Of a stretch of 64,000 nt of DNA, positions 46,365 to 59,100 are shown piece after piece (position 1 is the first letter of the stretch; each line of letters begins with the position of its first letter). The position numbers and the translations under genes were made by a program. Under the pieces are notes generated by a model. The model saw nothing but the letters and a program-made list of their open reading frames with translations. It was not told the origin of the DNA and did no database searches. The DNA comes from Hydrolagus colliei. Taxonomy: Eukaryota. The stretch covers positions 14,942,001-15,006,000 of the forward strand of contig CM068756.1 in assembly GCA_035084275.1 (NCBI GenBank). The letters are read 5' to 3'.

Positions 46365-47463
46365 CTTAGAACTTAACTGGTTCAAAAGTGAGATGTTTGG
46401 GAATTGAATGTTGGACCAGAGCCGGGCAGGTCTGAGGATTCCTGGGTCGTGTTGATGATAGCACAGCCAGTCTGACTCATCGGCAAGTCTTAGAAAGGCA
46501 GACCAGTCACTGGGAGGAAGGAATCCTTCCACTGAACTTCTGTTAACCCTGTAAACCAAAGGTGGTCCTAGCAACGGGAGTCAGACAGTGTGATTAATGG
46601 CAAGCTATAAGGTTTTAGCTGGTTAGACTCCAGCAGTTACCTGAACATACACTGTTGGATGCTCAATTCTTGGCTCTTGCCGATTTGCGCCTAAATTCCA
46701 GAAATAGTTAATTGGGGTGTGTCTTTACCGCCTGTGTTGGATGTTCTTAAGCATGGTGTCTGGCACATGCGGAAACCCATCACCATGATAGAGAGAACAC
46801 ACACAAACTGATTTCCACCTACACATGAAAATTAGAGAGATAGATTAATAAAAATAATCCTTACATTTTTGATACAGTGCTCTCCCGTCTAGATTCTTGG
46901 AATGGAATACACATCTGTAGAGAGATGCATCCTGCTTACCGAATTCTGGAAAGTATTAGGTACTGAGCCAAGACTTGGGAACCTCACCCAGTGCATTGGG
47001 TTACCTTCTGGAGTTTCACCAGATAACATTTATGGCTTGCCACTGATATCTCTGTCTGGCAATCTTCCCACTGCTTGTCCAGCGAGGACCACCCTACCCA
47101 TGAGGACTTTGCCTTGCAGGGTTAACAGGACCCAATGCACCCAATGATAGGTCTGATCTCCCAAGTCTTGCTGATGAACAAGGTTGCCTGTGCCTTTATT
47201 AGCGGTGCTCTATAACACTGAGGACCTGCCTGGTTCAGGAACCAAACTAGTGACACCATCACAGGGGCTTCCTCGATTCTGAATTCCGCTGCCAAGCATG
47301 TCAACTTGCAGTTAGCTGAGCTCCAAGAAAACCCCCAGTTACATCCCCTTCCCCCAAGGAGGATAAGGGGGAGGGAATGGTTACAGCACAAATTAATAAA
47401 GTACATTTAATTACAAAGTTTTAAATTTATTCTCTGTCACCAATTCCTCCTCTTGTTATGCAG

Positions 47464-48116
47464 CTATCCCGATACATCAAAAAATACTCTACAAAGTGTT
47501 GGACAGGAACCCGACCACCTCTCTGACTCTAGTTTGTGAAACGGATGAGTTTTACCCAGAAGATATCACTATCACTTGCTATAAAGATGATAAGAACATT
47601 TTGGCTGTGAATACAATCAAACAGCTTGGGAGAGGTGGGAGAGATATAAAGCTTCAAGCTCCGTGGAAGAGACAAAGCCTATCCACAGAGGGACTGTTTA
47701 CACCTGTCTGGTATCTCACCTGAGCCTTGGGACTCTAATCATTGCTATGTACGTTGTTTCTGGTTCTTACCAAGGAAAACTTGTGTTTTTCTTCTAAATC
47801 TTGTTGCTGATGATGTGTTTTCATTGTTGTTATGCACTCCAACACCTCCACCTTGCCCACAATATTAACTGAACAGAATTAACCATCATATCAAGTTCCT
47901 GAGCTATTGAACGCCATGTGCGCTGTGCCATTATCAGTCCTCCAAGAGAAGGATGTTTTATTTCTTGGCAAACACTATATTTGTTATATATTGTTGTATT
48001 TATTTTGCAGCTGCTGATCAGGGGATACAGAGGGCTATGTTAACACTGTGTTTATTGTTGATGCTGTTGTTGACAGTTATCATTGTGGACTAGCATAAAA
48101 CCAACACTATTTGAAG
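47464..48116 (+). pseudogene. Gene A4: activating-type relic (frameshifted C1 exon plus Arg-TM exon)
   Basis: C1 about 47464-47774: LTLVCETDEFYPEDITITCYK...frameshift...YKASSSVEETKPIHRGTVYTCLVSHLSL. TM exon 48011-48116: (A)ADQGIQRAMLTLCLLLMLLLTVIIVD*HKTNTI* then AG|gtaag. No leader or V exon found. Confidence 0.8.
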
Positions 48117-49794
48117 GTAAGACCTTCATTGATTTGTCCTTCTCCCCACCCCCCCCTGCCCCCCACCATCCGCCCCCCCATCCCCACTCCAATGGTCCAC
48201 CCACCATCAACATTTTAAAGCAGTGATTTTGCCTTAAATGCAATTTCATCTTTGATAAAATCACGATAATAATAAGGAATGAAGATGATTTGTTATATTG
48301 GATGATGTTTAGTGGATAAATAATAATTATAGACTAATTCCTGCATTGGATGTAATACCGTAGAATTGAAAAGTCTCAAAAGTTTTACACATGGCAAGGT
48401 CCTTCAAACCATCATAAAGTAAGTTATGTATTTGTTTGCTAACAAGCACTCAGTCACTACACTTCACTGCAGGTTATCCTGCTGTCTGTTTGGCTCAATC
48501 AATGCACATGTCTGGAAAGATGCCATGAAGTTAACCGTTATCCTCTCCGCCAATTTAGGTGGATGCAGCGTACAGGAAGTGGCATCAGTGGCCTCCTGAT
48601 GACCTTAAAGTTGGCCATTTTGTGAGATGGAAAGATAGCTGTGTGCCAGAAACCAGATGTATCGCACTATCTGTTAGCATAGTTCACAGGACTCTAGACT
48701 TATTTTCTAGAATAATCTTTAGAAATGAATGATATCTATCTTTTAAAGTCCTTCACAACCTCGCCCCACCCCACCCTACATCCGTGACCTTCTAACCCTT
48801 TACCAACCTGCCCACCCCCTCCGCTCAGTAGGCTGTGGCCTGCTCCACATCCCCCGACCCATCCGCCCCACCGTTGGCGTGAAGCTTTTGGCCACTCTGC
48901 CCCCAACCCCCGGAACTCCATCCCGCAGTCCCTCCGCCTTGCCCCCCCTCTCCCTGGCCTCCTTCCAGTCCCACCTCAAGACTCTCCTCTTCGATGATCC
49001 CATTGGCAACTTCTAATCCCCCCCCTTCCCTCCCCACCCCCTCAACCCCCTCCTGTCCCCAGCTCGGATTTGACACAGTGACTGCCCAGTGCCTTAGGAT
49101 GCCCTCCTGACATGAAAGGGACTACTGGTATACAAGTGTAATTTTGTTGTTATTGTTGTTGTTTTCCTTAATGTCCTGTTGCTCTGTGTGGTGCAGTTAA
49201 GTGGGGAAAGCAATGTGAAACAAATGATCTGTGTTACGTGAAAAGTTAGACAAAGAACTGGTGTCTATGTATGATATCAATGCAATAAACAAGTTAGGTC
49301 ATCAACTAAACTGGTATAGCTGCTGCCTTTAGGAACAGACCAGCATTGAAACCACGTCTAGCAAATAAAGAAGAAAATAAATGAAGACCAAGAAAAAAAG
49401 AGAAAGCAGAAAACATAAAAATGTTTAATTTGTGCAACCATTCCTTCTGCATAGTTACCCGATTGGTTACCAGGCATAGTTACCAGATTGGTAACTACCA
49501 GTATGCCTTTCTGTATCATGCACATTGCTATATAAAGACTTCCTAATGAAACATCCTGTGTCTGTGGGCGTGTTTATCTTGGTATCTGAAAAATAATTAA
49601 CCCATCTTCTCCAGAATCATTGAAACTTCAGAAGGCAAAGATAACTTTTGAGCCAATATGTTATGCTATTTTCTGGAAATGAACACAATTTCTTTGGTTC
49701 TTGTTTGGGAAACTTGCAAACTTTTGCATTGTATTATTAATGGCCTTTATCTTTTTTTTACCAAGTTGCTTCGCAGTGTTGTAGTGCCATCTGC

Positions 49795-50140
49795 TGCTTC
49801 TTTGCTGAACTACATATTATAATAATAAATAATAATTCTGAAAGTGAATTGACTGTACTGTACAGCCTGTGGAAAGAAGGCAGCAGCCAATTACACATAG
49901 CAGTGTCCCACCTGCATTCATGATTGAGTGACCAAATTATTATTAGAAGTAGTATTATTTTGAAGGGATTATTACCACCTGGGAAAGTTTCCAGCCAATC
50001 AACTAACAACTGGATGTCTACCTACTGCTACTAATAGAGGCCTGTGGAAACTTATCAAATGTTTCTCCCTGCGCAGGAATCAAACCCAGGTCCTGTCGCT
50101 TGCGAGGTGAGTGCTCTAACCACTAAGCTGCAGGCCTCTG
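49795..50140 (-). mobile_element. SINE
   Basis: Family body and head, diverged. Confidence 0.7.
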
Positions 50141-50214
50141 AATAATGTACGCAAAGAGAAAATCTTGCCATTTAATAGATGAAGTTGTAAACAATTATGA
50201 CAAAATTGCATTCA

Positions 50215-50400
50215 CTGAGTTGTGAGTCTGACTCAATTGGCAGTAATCACTTCTGAATCAGAAGGTTGTGCATTTCACTCTAACGCATTGTCGGGGATGT
50301 ACCGCATTGGTAAAGGTGCTGTCCTTCAGATAAGTAAATCCAAGAGTCAGTCTGCATGTTCAGGTGGATGTTAAAAATCTCATGACACTATTCGAAAAGA
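50215..50400 (+). mobile_element. Diverged SINE of a second family (possibly DeuSINE-like)
   Basis: TCTGAATCAGAAGGTTGTG head and CAGGTGGATGTTAAAAATCTCATGACACTATT core, resembling recalled shark SINEs. Confidence 0.4.
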
Positions 50401-51889
50401 TAAACAGAAATCGCTGGGAAGTTTCACACTCAGCGGGTCAGGCAGCATTTATGGAGAAAGGAAACGTGAGTCAACATTTCTGGTCCACAACCCTTCGTCA
50501 GAACTGCAGAACTAGTCATTTACTTCAGCGCTGTTTGACCTGCGCTGTGTGAAGGGCACTGTACTGTATAAATGCAGGTTGTTGTTGTTTATGAAACGCT
50601 GCTGAGGGCAAATTGTCGTTATGTTTGCCTACAATTAAACAGTCACCTTTTTTCACCTCACACTGAAACACGGAAATGAAACACCGAGTAATGCTTTGAG
50701 ATATCTGAATGAGTTGCTACATAAAAATGCAAGATTATTAAACGTTGCCGAGTTGAACATTTCAAAAGCCAGATCATTACATCTACAAAGTCAGGTTCTA
50801 GTTTACTCATTGTATGACTAGTCTTCCTGGAAAATTACACATCTATTTATTCTGACCAGGGTAAGATAAGTAATAGTGAAACATTGCATTCAAATGTCTC
50901 TACAATTTGATCTGAATGATTTACTGTGAGTCAAAGTGTCTTTCCAACCTGGAAATAGCTAAGCAGTTTTTTTAAATGAAAAACTCAAATTTAACCGATT
51001 TGATCAGCCACCAAGGGTTCACTTTAAGTGGTCAACAATATCGGATAAAGGCAGCCCACAGTAAACATTCCATTACACTCAGTACAACACCGCACTCATT
51101 CTAAGAAAACCGTTCGTGCATTTAAAAAGAAACAGTTGTGGTTTCCTGTTTGTTGATGGACAGCTTCTTGAAACTGGTCAAGTCACATAGTTGTGCATTT
51201 CTGTCCACAGTGTATTTTTTGGCAATGTAGAATTTAATAAAGGTGTGTGCTACAAGCACAGAGCTCCACCATTATGAAGCGCTCTGAGACGCCGCCCAGG
51301 GTGGAGGGCGATATATAAATGCAATTGATCACTGTTGTTTTTGTACCTTTAAATCCACTGCTGGCCTACAAATGGCCTACAAGGCAGCAGCTGCGGTTAG
51401 GCTGAGTACACGCAGGCTGAGTACACGCATGCAGAGTAGATTACCATCTTTGAAGTGCTGATGATTTGCCGAAACTTTGACCCAAAGAGCAGCGTGGAAT
51501 GGGATGAAGGAAGAGTGCAATATGAGATTGATCAGTTATAACTGATACTACAAGTTTGAGAGATAAAAAATATTTTCATATTCCAATTGAGGGTAAAGAA
51601 TAGTTGTGAAGTTAGCTGATCTTTCCTCTGCTGTGATAAGATCAGGTGTGGATCAGAGGCCGCTCTAAGGCTGTAAAAACAAATCGCACCCCAGAAACCA
51701 CATCTTTTTGCAACGTTTAAAATTGCAGTGAGTATACGCTCTCACTGCACTCCCACCACAAGCCCTGGCAGGGGCTAGTGCGATCGCCCCCGCTGTGACT
51801 TGGGATTGGGCCAGGGTCTCGCCTGGTTTAAAGATGAGCAAATAAAAGGCGCCAGATGTGAAAGTGGTAACAAAGTGAAGGATTCATAA

Positions 51890-52178
51890 TAATCCTTGCA
51901 TTTGATATAGCGCTTTTCACGCCTTCTACACGTCTCAAAGCATATCCCAAAATAAAATGCAAAGTGAATTGACTGTATATTTGTGGGCAAAACGCAGCAG
52001 TGAATTGCACACAACAGTTTCCCAGAAAGAGTTGTGGATTGAAATAACCAATTTTTTTTTAGGGATTATTATCAGGGGTGTGGAGTAAGGAAACTTGCCT
52101 AAAGTTTCACCCTGACAGGAATTAAACTCAGGTCTCTCGCTTGCGAGGAGAGTGCTGTAACCACTGAGCTACAAGATT
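51890..52178 (-). mobile_element. SINE
   Basis: Family tail, body and head. Confidence 0.8.
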
Positions 52179-55100
52179 TCACCTACCACATCTTGACAGG
52201 CATGTGACAAGGCAAGGCATCACCGAAACCACAAACATTAACTGCTGAAACTTTCCATAAATATACTGACCGAGGTGGAGGAGTTGGTCATAGGGAGATG
52301 GTCGCAGGGAGATGGTCCACCACTCGCAGACTAAAGTACTATATTTATTTTCAATTTAAAACATTTGTCTGAGCATAAAACGTCTGTAAGTAATCTTGCC
52401 CTATGACCAGGTTTAAAGTTCAATGGAAGGGCAGAAATAAAGTCCCAATACTTGTTTTAACGTTGTCCTCCATTGTATTTCATTCACCAACTCTCTTAAA
52501 GATGTTGGGTTACCTAACGGGGATGGCATTATATGGTCGGACTCCAGCAGTTGGCCTAGTTAGGTAACCAGGTATTCCTCCAGGGAGAGTGAGCATTCCA
52601 TTCCAACAATCATATCTCCGCGATTACCACATGTAGGTGGGATGTATTGAAATCTGTTTGGTTTAAATGCTCTTAAGCATGGTGATAGTTTTCTACATGT
52701 GTTAAGTCACCCACCCGACCAAAAAACATCCAGCAATTTCAGAAAATGGGGGGAAAAGCCTTTCTCCATCTATGAGAGCCTCTGTCTGTACCTGCCAGCG
52801 CAGGACAGCAACAGATAGAGGCTTTGGATACAGAAAGGTAGTGTTTTTTTTAAATGCTTTGTTTTTTTTTTAATTGCCACGAGCTGTAATAATGCCAACA
52901 TTCCTATACCAACATCCTACAGACAGCGGAAATTATTTTTAAAAAAACTACAAGACTTACAATTGTCAATTCCTGGGTGTTTTTGACTCATGTTGATAAG
53001 AGAATTACACAAATGTACTGCAATTTTTTTTTAAATGACTAACCTCACACTGCGCACAAATTTAAAATGGTGACGTTAAGACTGTGGGTGGACACTGCGT
53101 CAGAATACCACATGGTAAAAATGGTCTGGGCCTTTCTCTATGTAGCAGAGCCTGTGTCTGTCAATATCCCAGTCAGTCAGCGTCTTTGTGATACTGATAG
53201 GGACAAACAGAAACTCCAACTGATTCAGAGCAGCACCACTACCCCCAATTTGTTTTAAATCAGTTTTATATTATTTGTGCTGCTGCCTGCAATGATGTTC
53301 CACGTGGAGTTACCAGCATCACTGCACAGCAGGAAATTCAAATCAGTGAGAAATATATATGAATATAGATGTTGATCAAAGTTATTTAGGGTAAATTTAT
53401 TCTAGAAAACACCCACATGAGATTATTTTCCTTCCGATTATAAATCTGTTGTGAATAAATTGAGTGAATCGAGTTTAAGTTTAAAAGGTTTTAGATTTTG
53501 AAACGTAATTATTTTAACCTGAACAGTTTAACATTTCACTTTTTTAAATTAACAAATAACCCTGGTGAAATCCTGTATCCACGGTGGCTAAACTGTTGTA
53601 TTCTAAACAAAACACGCGGTCACAAGAAGTCTCTCATTTAATCCCATGTGCAGTTTTATTGACCTGATGAGAGCCAGGCCTGAAATTGCCTTCAGTCCTC
53701 TGGAGATTTGTAGAGAGTTTAAAAAAAGTCCATTCCTACAGTAACTGTTTGTGGAAAGTGCCACATTGATGTCAGGATAGTGTTCTCAGTTCTAATTGCC
53801 GATAAAACAATGATGACACAAACAGGCATAGACATTCTTATGAAGAATAGGCATCGAGTGAGATATGAACAGTAGAGTTACACTCTATCGTAGTAGCACA
53901 TTCAGGAATGGAGTAGACTAAGACAAATGTTTCCCAGTGTATAATTTAACACAGATGAGTGAAATATATCAGTGCAATATACCAAAGGTCAGTCAAACTG
54001 ATCAGTTTAATAGTGTTAAAAGTACCAACATACTCACTGAAGTTTAATACCAAGTACATATCAGAAACGAAAGCACAAAATAATGATGTTAACATGTACA
54101 CCAGCAGCAACTACAGACACACACACACCAGTCAGTGAGAACTATGAAAAAGCAATCACATATCTGACAGAAATAGACCAGTCTGCACGATGTAGCACAA
54201 GAGCAGCCACTGTTCTGCAAAATCTAGCCCAGCATCAGTTTCAGGTCCTGTCATATGCCGAGGTCACAGCTAATTTGGTTGGCTTTTATTTCGCATCGAT
54301 GATACACCTACACCACAGACTTAATCAATCAGTGAGTCAACATTCCTGTTATGGCTGATCTCAGTGCTTAAGCTCCAAACTAACCCCATATTTCTCACTT
54401 TAGCTCATCTTCCCCAAGCAGCTTAGCCCTGTTCGTAATTCAGCCTGAATATTAACAAGCACAACTTGGCAGCTGCTGGCGTTCATTGCATTACATTAAC
54501 AATTAATTAGGAAATGGAAGAGCAGAGGATCAAAACTGAAACTCCTCACCACTCGACTGTATCAGGTTTGTGCTTATGTATTACCCATTGGATGAGCCAA
54601 GCACAGTGTGGACTGATGTTTGATTGAAAGTGCATTATCAAACAAACATTACATTTGGGGAAGAGAATGTAGGGACGTATTAATAATAAAGATTAAGCCT
54701 ATCCCACTTCAAGAATAAAGGCTTTCCCCCCCTCCCTGCCACAGGGTTACAGACGGGACAAGATTAGGAACGAGGCAGGAGGAAATTCAAACCAGGAGCA
54801 CAACTAAGCTTCCTGCAACACTGCATCACACTTCGCGGGCTACCTCAGAACAGCCTAGAGAGGAAAGCAAATTTGAGTTTCATTTTTAAAAGTTGTAAGA
54901 TGCCAGAGCCCCATCAATGCTAGATTAAAAGGTTCATCAGTTTCAACTCTCATATTGCAAGGGATATAGACGAAGGCTCAAATAATTGCTTTCAGGTCAT
55001 TTAACATTCAGCTTGAAGGAACACTGTCTACATCATACAGATCTGGTCTATATCAATAATCACATTTCACCATTTAAATCACAGTAATAATCTAAAGAAG

Positions 55101-55639
55101 TCTACTCAATGGTAAATTGGTTATGGACAGTACAAAACAGGTTACATCGTTAGATAGTAAACTAGCTCCAGCTACCAAGATCAAATTGGTCTGATTGATT
55201 GAAACAATTCCCGCCAAATGAATTAGTTTTCAAGAATTAAAGTATAATTCTGTGCACAAGAGGCTGCACAGGTTTTACGCCTCTCTCTCAGTCTTTTTAA
55301 AATGACTTGTGTTTCTCTACAAGAAGAGCCTATTCTATAGAAGGTGAGTAGGTTTGAAATGATCAATTCTAAGATGTGAGGACAGAGTGAAACAACGTTT
55401 ACCCAAATTTGTGCCACTGTCCCCAAAGTAGAAAGTGCAGGTTGATGAGCCCCTAAGGTTAAAGGTTAGTGTCGTGTGTATATATAGTGCACAAAGTATG
55501 TGAGAGAACATTAAAAGGAGACTTAAATTGGGAAGGAGGGGAAGGCATTACAAGGTGAGACGAGACATTCTATCAATTACTATCAGTTCCAAAATAGTGT
55601 TGCAGTACAACAGGGATCGACAGGGACAACCTGTACAAG

Positions 55640-55645
55640 TTTTAT
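55640..55645 (-). terminator. Candidate poly(A) signal of the GST gene
   Basis: AATAAA on the minus strand about 520 nt downstream of the stop codon. Confidence 0.35.
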
Positions 55646-56167
55646 TGTACTTAAAGAACCTGTTGTCACAGCTGGATAATGGAGCATTCGCCAGCTAGTC
55701 TAATTGCTGCAGGTAGAGGAGATCATGGATGTAGATCTCTTAATTTTCCACAGGGATAATGGGCAAGTCAAAAACAAATGAGTAAAGACACAAAAAATGC
55801 CCTTGAAATTATCAAGAAGTTTTTGAAATGGGCAATTTTGTTTTAACATTGACTTGATGACCATAGCAAGTAGCAATCAGGATAGGCACGGGGCAGCCTC
55901 TCTCCCCCATGTTGACTGAATATAGCTAGTGAAGGAAGCGGTAACATCAACAGCAATCCATCTTTCCCTTTTGTGTGGAAGGTTTAAAAAACACAGATTT
56001 TGAAGCTCAGTTTTGGGCATTAACAAATATTGTAGTCTGGTTTTTTTTGGGTGGGGGGGAAAGACAGAGGAACAAACAAAAGGAAAACACTGAAAGTTAT
56101 TTTTCTGGGGTCAAGCACCTGAAGAATTTGGGAAACACAGGCATTTGAGATTGCTCTTGTTTGAGGC

Positions 56168-59100
56168 TCAGATGTCCTTCAGTATGTCTGAAGTTGGAGC
56201 GCTCTCTTTCCAGTGGGGTGGCCACGAGGCCTGGATACTTGGGCGCTTCTCCAGGCGGTGGTAGTATTCCAGCAGTTTGGGGTACGTCTCTTGTGGTAAT
56301 CTGTGATCGCGAAACAGCAGAGAACAAGGTCAAGGTATTCCACAGAATGTGCATATTGAGAATGTGCAGAATGAGAATAAGACATTTAAGTCTTTAAGTA
56401 ATTACTTAATGATTTAAGTAATAACAAAGTATTTCATAGCATTTGAATGTAGGGGGCTGTTATGTTGGTAAACATGTAGCTTACCTATACCAGCAATACT
56501 ACTAATAATAATAATCCTTGCATTTTGATAAAGAGCTTTTCACATCTTATCGACATCTCAAAGTGCTTTTTAGAATATACTATAAAGTGTGTTGACTGTA
56601 TATTTGTGGGCAAAACAGCAATAAAGTCAATGGCCCAATAAAAAAATTTCCAATCAGATTACAACTGAACTCTCAGTCAAAGAAATTGAAGCCTTTGGAC
56701 CTTCTCCTCCACCACTTCATAAGAATAATAATAATAATCCTTGCATTTGATATAGCGCTTTTCAAATCTTATCGATATCTCAAAGCATTTCACAGAACTT
56801 ACTGTAAAGTGAATTGACTGTATATTTGTGGGTGAAACGGCAATAAAGTCAATGTCCCAATAAAACTTTTGCCAACTAGATTACAACTAGACTCTCAGTC
56901 AAAGAAATTGAAGCCTTTGGACCACCACTTCATAATAAAAACAGTAATAATAATAATCCTTGCATTTGATATAGCGCTTTTTACATCTTATCGACATCTC
57001 AAAGCGCTTCACAGAATTTACTGAAAAGTGAACTGACTGTATATTTGTGGGCGAAATGCGGCAGCCAATTGCACACAGCAGTATTCCACAAACAGTCATG
57101 GATTGAAAATGAATGATTTTATTACAGTAAAAGCCCGTTTATCTGTGACCCGATCAACCTTAACTTCTGTATAACTGGCACCCCAAAAAAAGGTCCCCAT
57201 TTGATTAACCGGATCTTATCTGGCACAATCGCTGTGGTGCATTTTTTCCCCTCGTATTAGTATTTTGTTTGCTGCTACTAGTGCCTGATGGTGGCGCTGC
57301 CATTTTTTTCTCTCACAGAGTACAGTACGATTTTCTCTGAATGCTGCCGAAAGTGCATTTCCGGGTTTGAGAGAGAGGCAGGGAGAGAGAGGGTGAGAGG
57401 GGAAGGGGGGGGAGAGAGAGGGAAAGGGGGTGGGGGCAGAAAGAGAGGGAAAGAGGGCGGGGGAGAAAGAGAGTGAAAGGTGCGGGAGAGAGAGGAGTGG
57501 GAGGGGGAGAGAGAGGTAGGGGAGAGCGAGGGAGTGAGTTGATTAATTTAGATGGAAATTGAGAGGAGTGGACGGGGGGGGGTTGGGTTTGGAGCNNNNN
57601 NNNNNNNNNNNNNNNNNNNNNNNNNNNNNNNNNNNNNNNNNNNNNNNNNNNNNNNNNNNNNNNNNNNNNNNNNNNNNNNNNNNNNNNNNNNNNNNNNNNN
57701 NNNNNNNNNNNNNNNNNNNNNNNNNNNAAGAAAGAAAAAAACGAGAATACCCCTATGATTGCGTGCTGTGTTTATAGACTGTAATCGATATTTATTGCTT
57801 TATTGGTAAGTATCCATACAGTGTTGTTATTATTTAGTCTATTATTAATATGGTATGTTTTAAAAAAATTAATTACGTGATTACGTAATTCTTTTTAAGT
57901 AATTTTTTTTGTGTTAGGTTTTCAGCAGCTGGCCGCCTGAATATCTGGCATGTGGTTTAACCGGCATTGGCCAGATCCCAAGGGTGCTGGATAAATGTGC
58001 TTTTACTGTATTGTGTTTTTTTTTGGCGGGATTATTATTAGGTGTGTGGAGTAAAGAAACTCGCCCAAGGTTTTGCCCTGATCTGCCTGGATTTGAACAC
58101 AGGTCTCACACTTATAAGGCAAGTGCTCTAACTACTGAGCTACAGGACCTCCACAAAACATCATCCTCCAGGACTGGTCTGGTAATATTTAAAACCAGAT
58201 ATTTATAAGTTTCAGCAACATCACCAAACAGTTCAAAACAATCCTTACATTTAAACAATTAACCACTTTGTTCAGTGCAAGTACTTGTTAAAATCCCACA
58301 GATATTGATTAGTCACAGTGTGGCATTGGAATTACATGCAGGGATAAAGAGCTCAGGTCAGTTCAAACTCCAATAGTAAATACCAGGAGCACACAACCAA
58401 AGGGATCTTTGGCAAATGTCAGTCAATGGAAACAGTACTAGTTACTTACGCAAAACGGACAGCGTAGGCCAATTGTGGGAACAGCATCACATCGACCATT
58501 GTGAATTTCTTTCCCATTATGTATGGTTCCGGGGATGCCTGTGGACAGAAGAATCTTTACTGAAGCACATTCTGCAAATATTACAACTGAAAACACAAGG
58601 CAAACCATTCGCAGTTGCAAGGGCATCTCAATATCAACCAAACGATGCCCTTACCAGATACTACTGTCAGCCTAACCTGTGTTCCAAAAGATTTTACCCA
58701 GTGGAAGCCACCTACCTTTGCTTTAGGGTTCACATATTTTTGTCTAAGTCTTGACCTGATTTCAGGCTCCTGACAGTGATGGTAGCCATTGCATTCAGGA
58801 TTCCAGATGAGTTGCCCTGTGCGGCCCTCGCCACTCCAGTGGCCAAAAAGCAATATTCTTCTGTTACTTTACCCGTCGCTGACCATTCCTATGATTCCCC
58901 TTTTCTCCCCTAACCCCACTTCCGTTTGTGGGGCACTGCTGTGCGCAATTTGGCTGCTGTGTTTCGCCCACAAATACACAGTAAATTCTCCTACTCTCCT
59001 TCCCCCTACCCCTCCCCCACTGCTCTGGCCCCTACCGAACTGTTCAGCCCTTGGGATGTCCTCCCGACATGAAAGGCGCAATTTAAATGTAAGTTTTGTT

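Noticed and set aside
46380-47400. Possible LTR-retroelement internal remnant with a PBS-like TGGTCCT; short similarities near 12900 and 52530
   Set aside because: No clear LTR boundaries, TSD, convincing tRNA match or gag/pol motif, so it is left unassigned.
51642-51778. A|TC...hairpin...CTAG|T pattern suggesting a mini-Helitron
   Set aside because: Only about 135 bp, hairpin spacing atypical, single copy in the window; the terminal motifs are too short to be diagnostic.
53651-53695. CTGATGAG...GAAA resembling a hammerhead ribozyme
   Set aside because: Stem II pairs poorly and the segment that should form stem I is only 8 nt and cannot pair.
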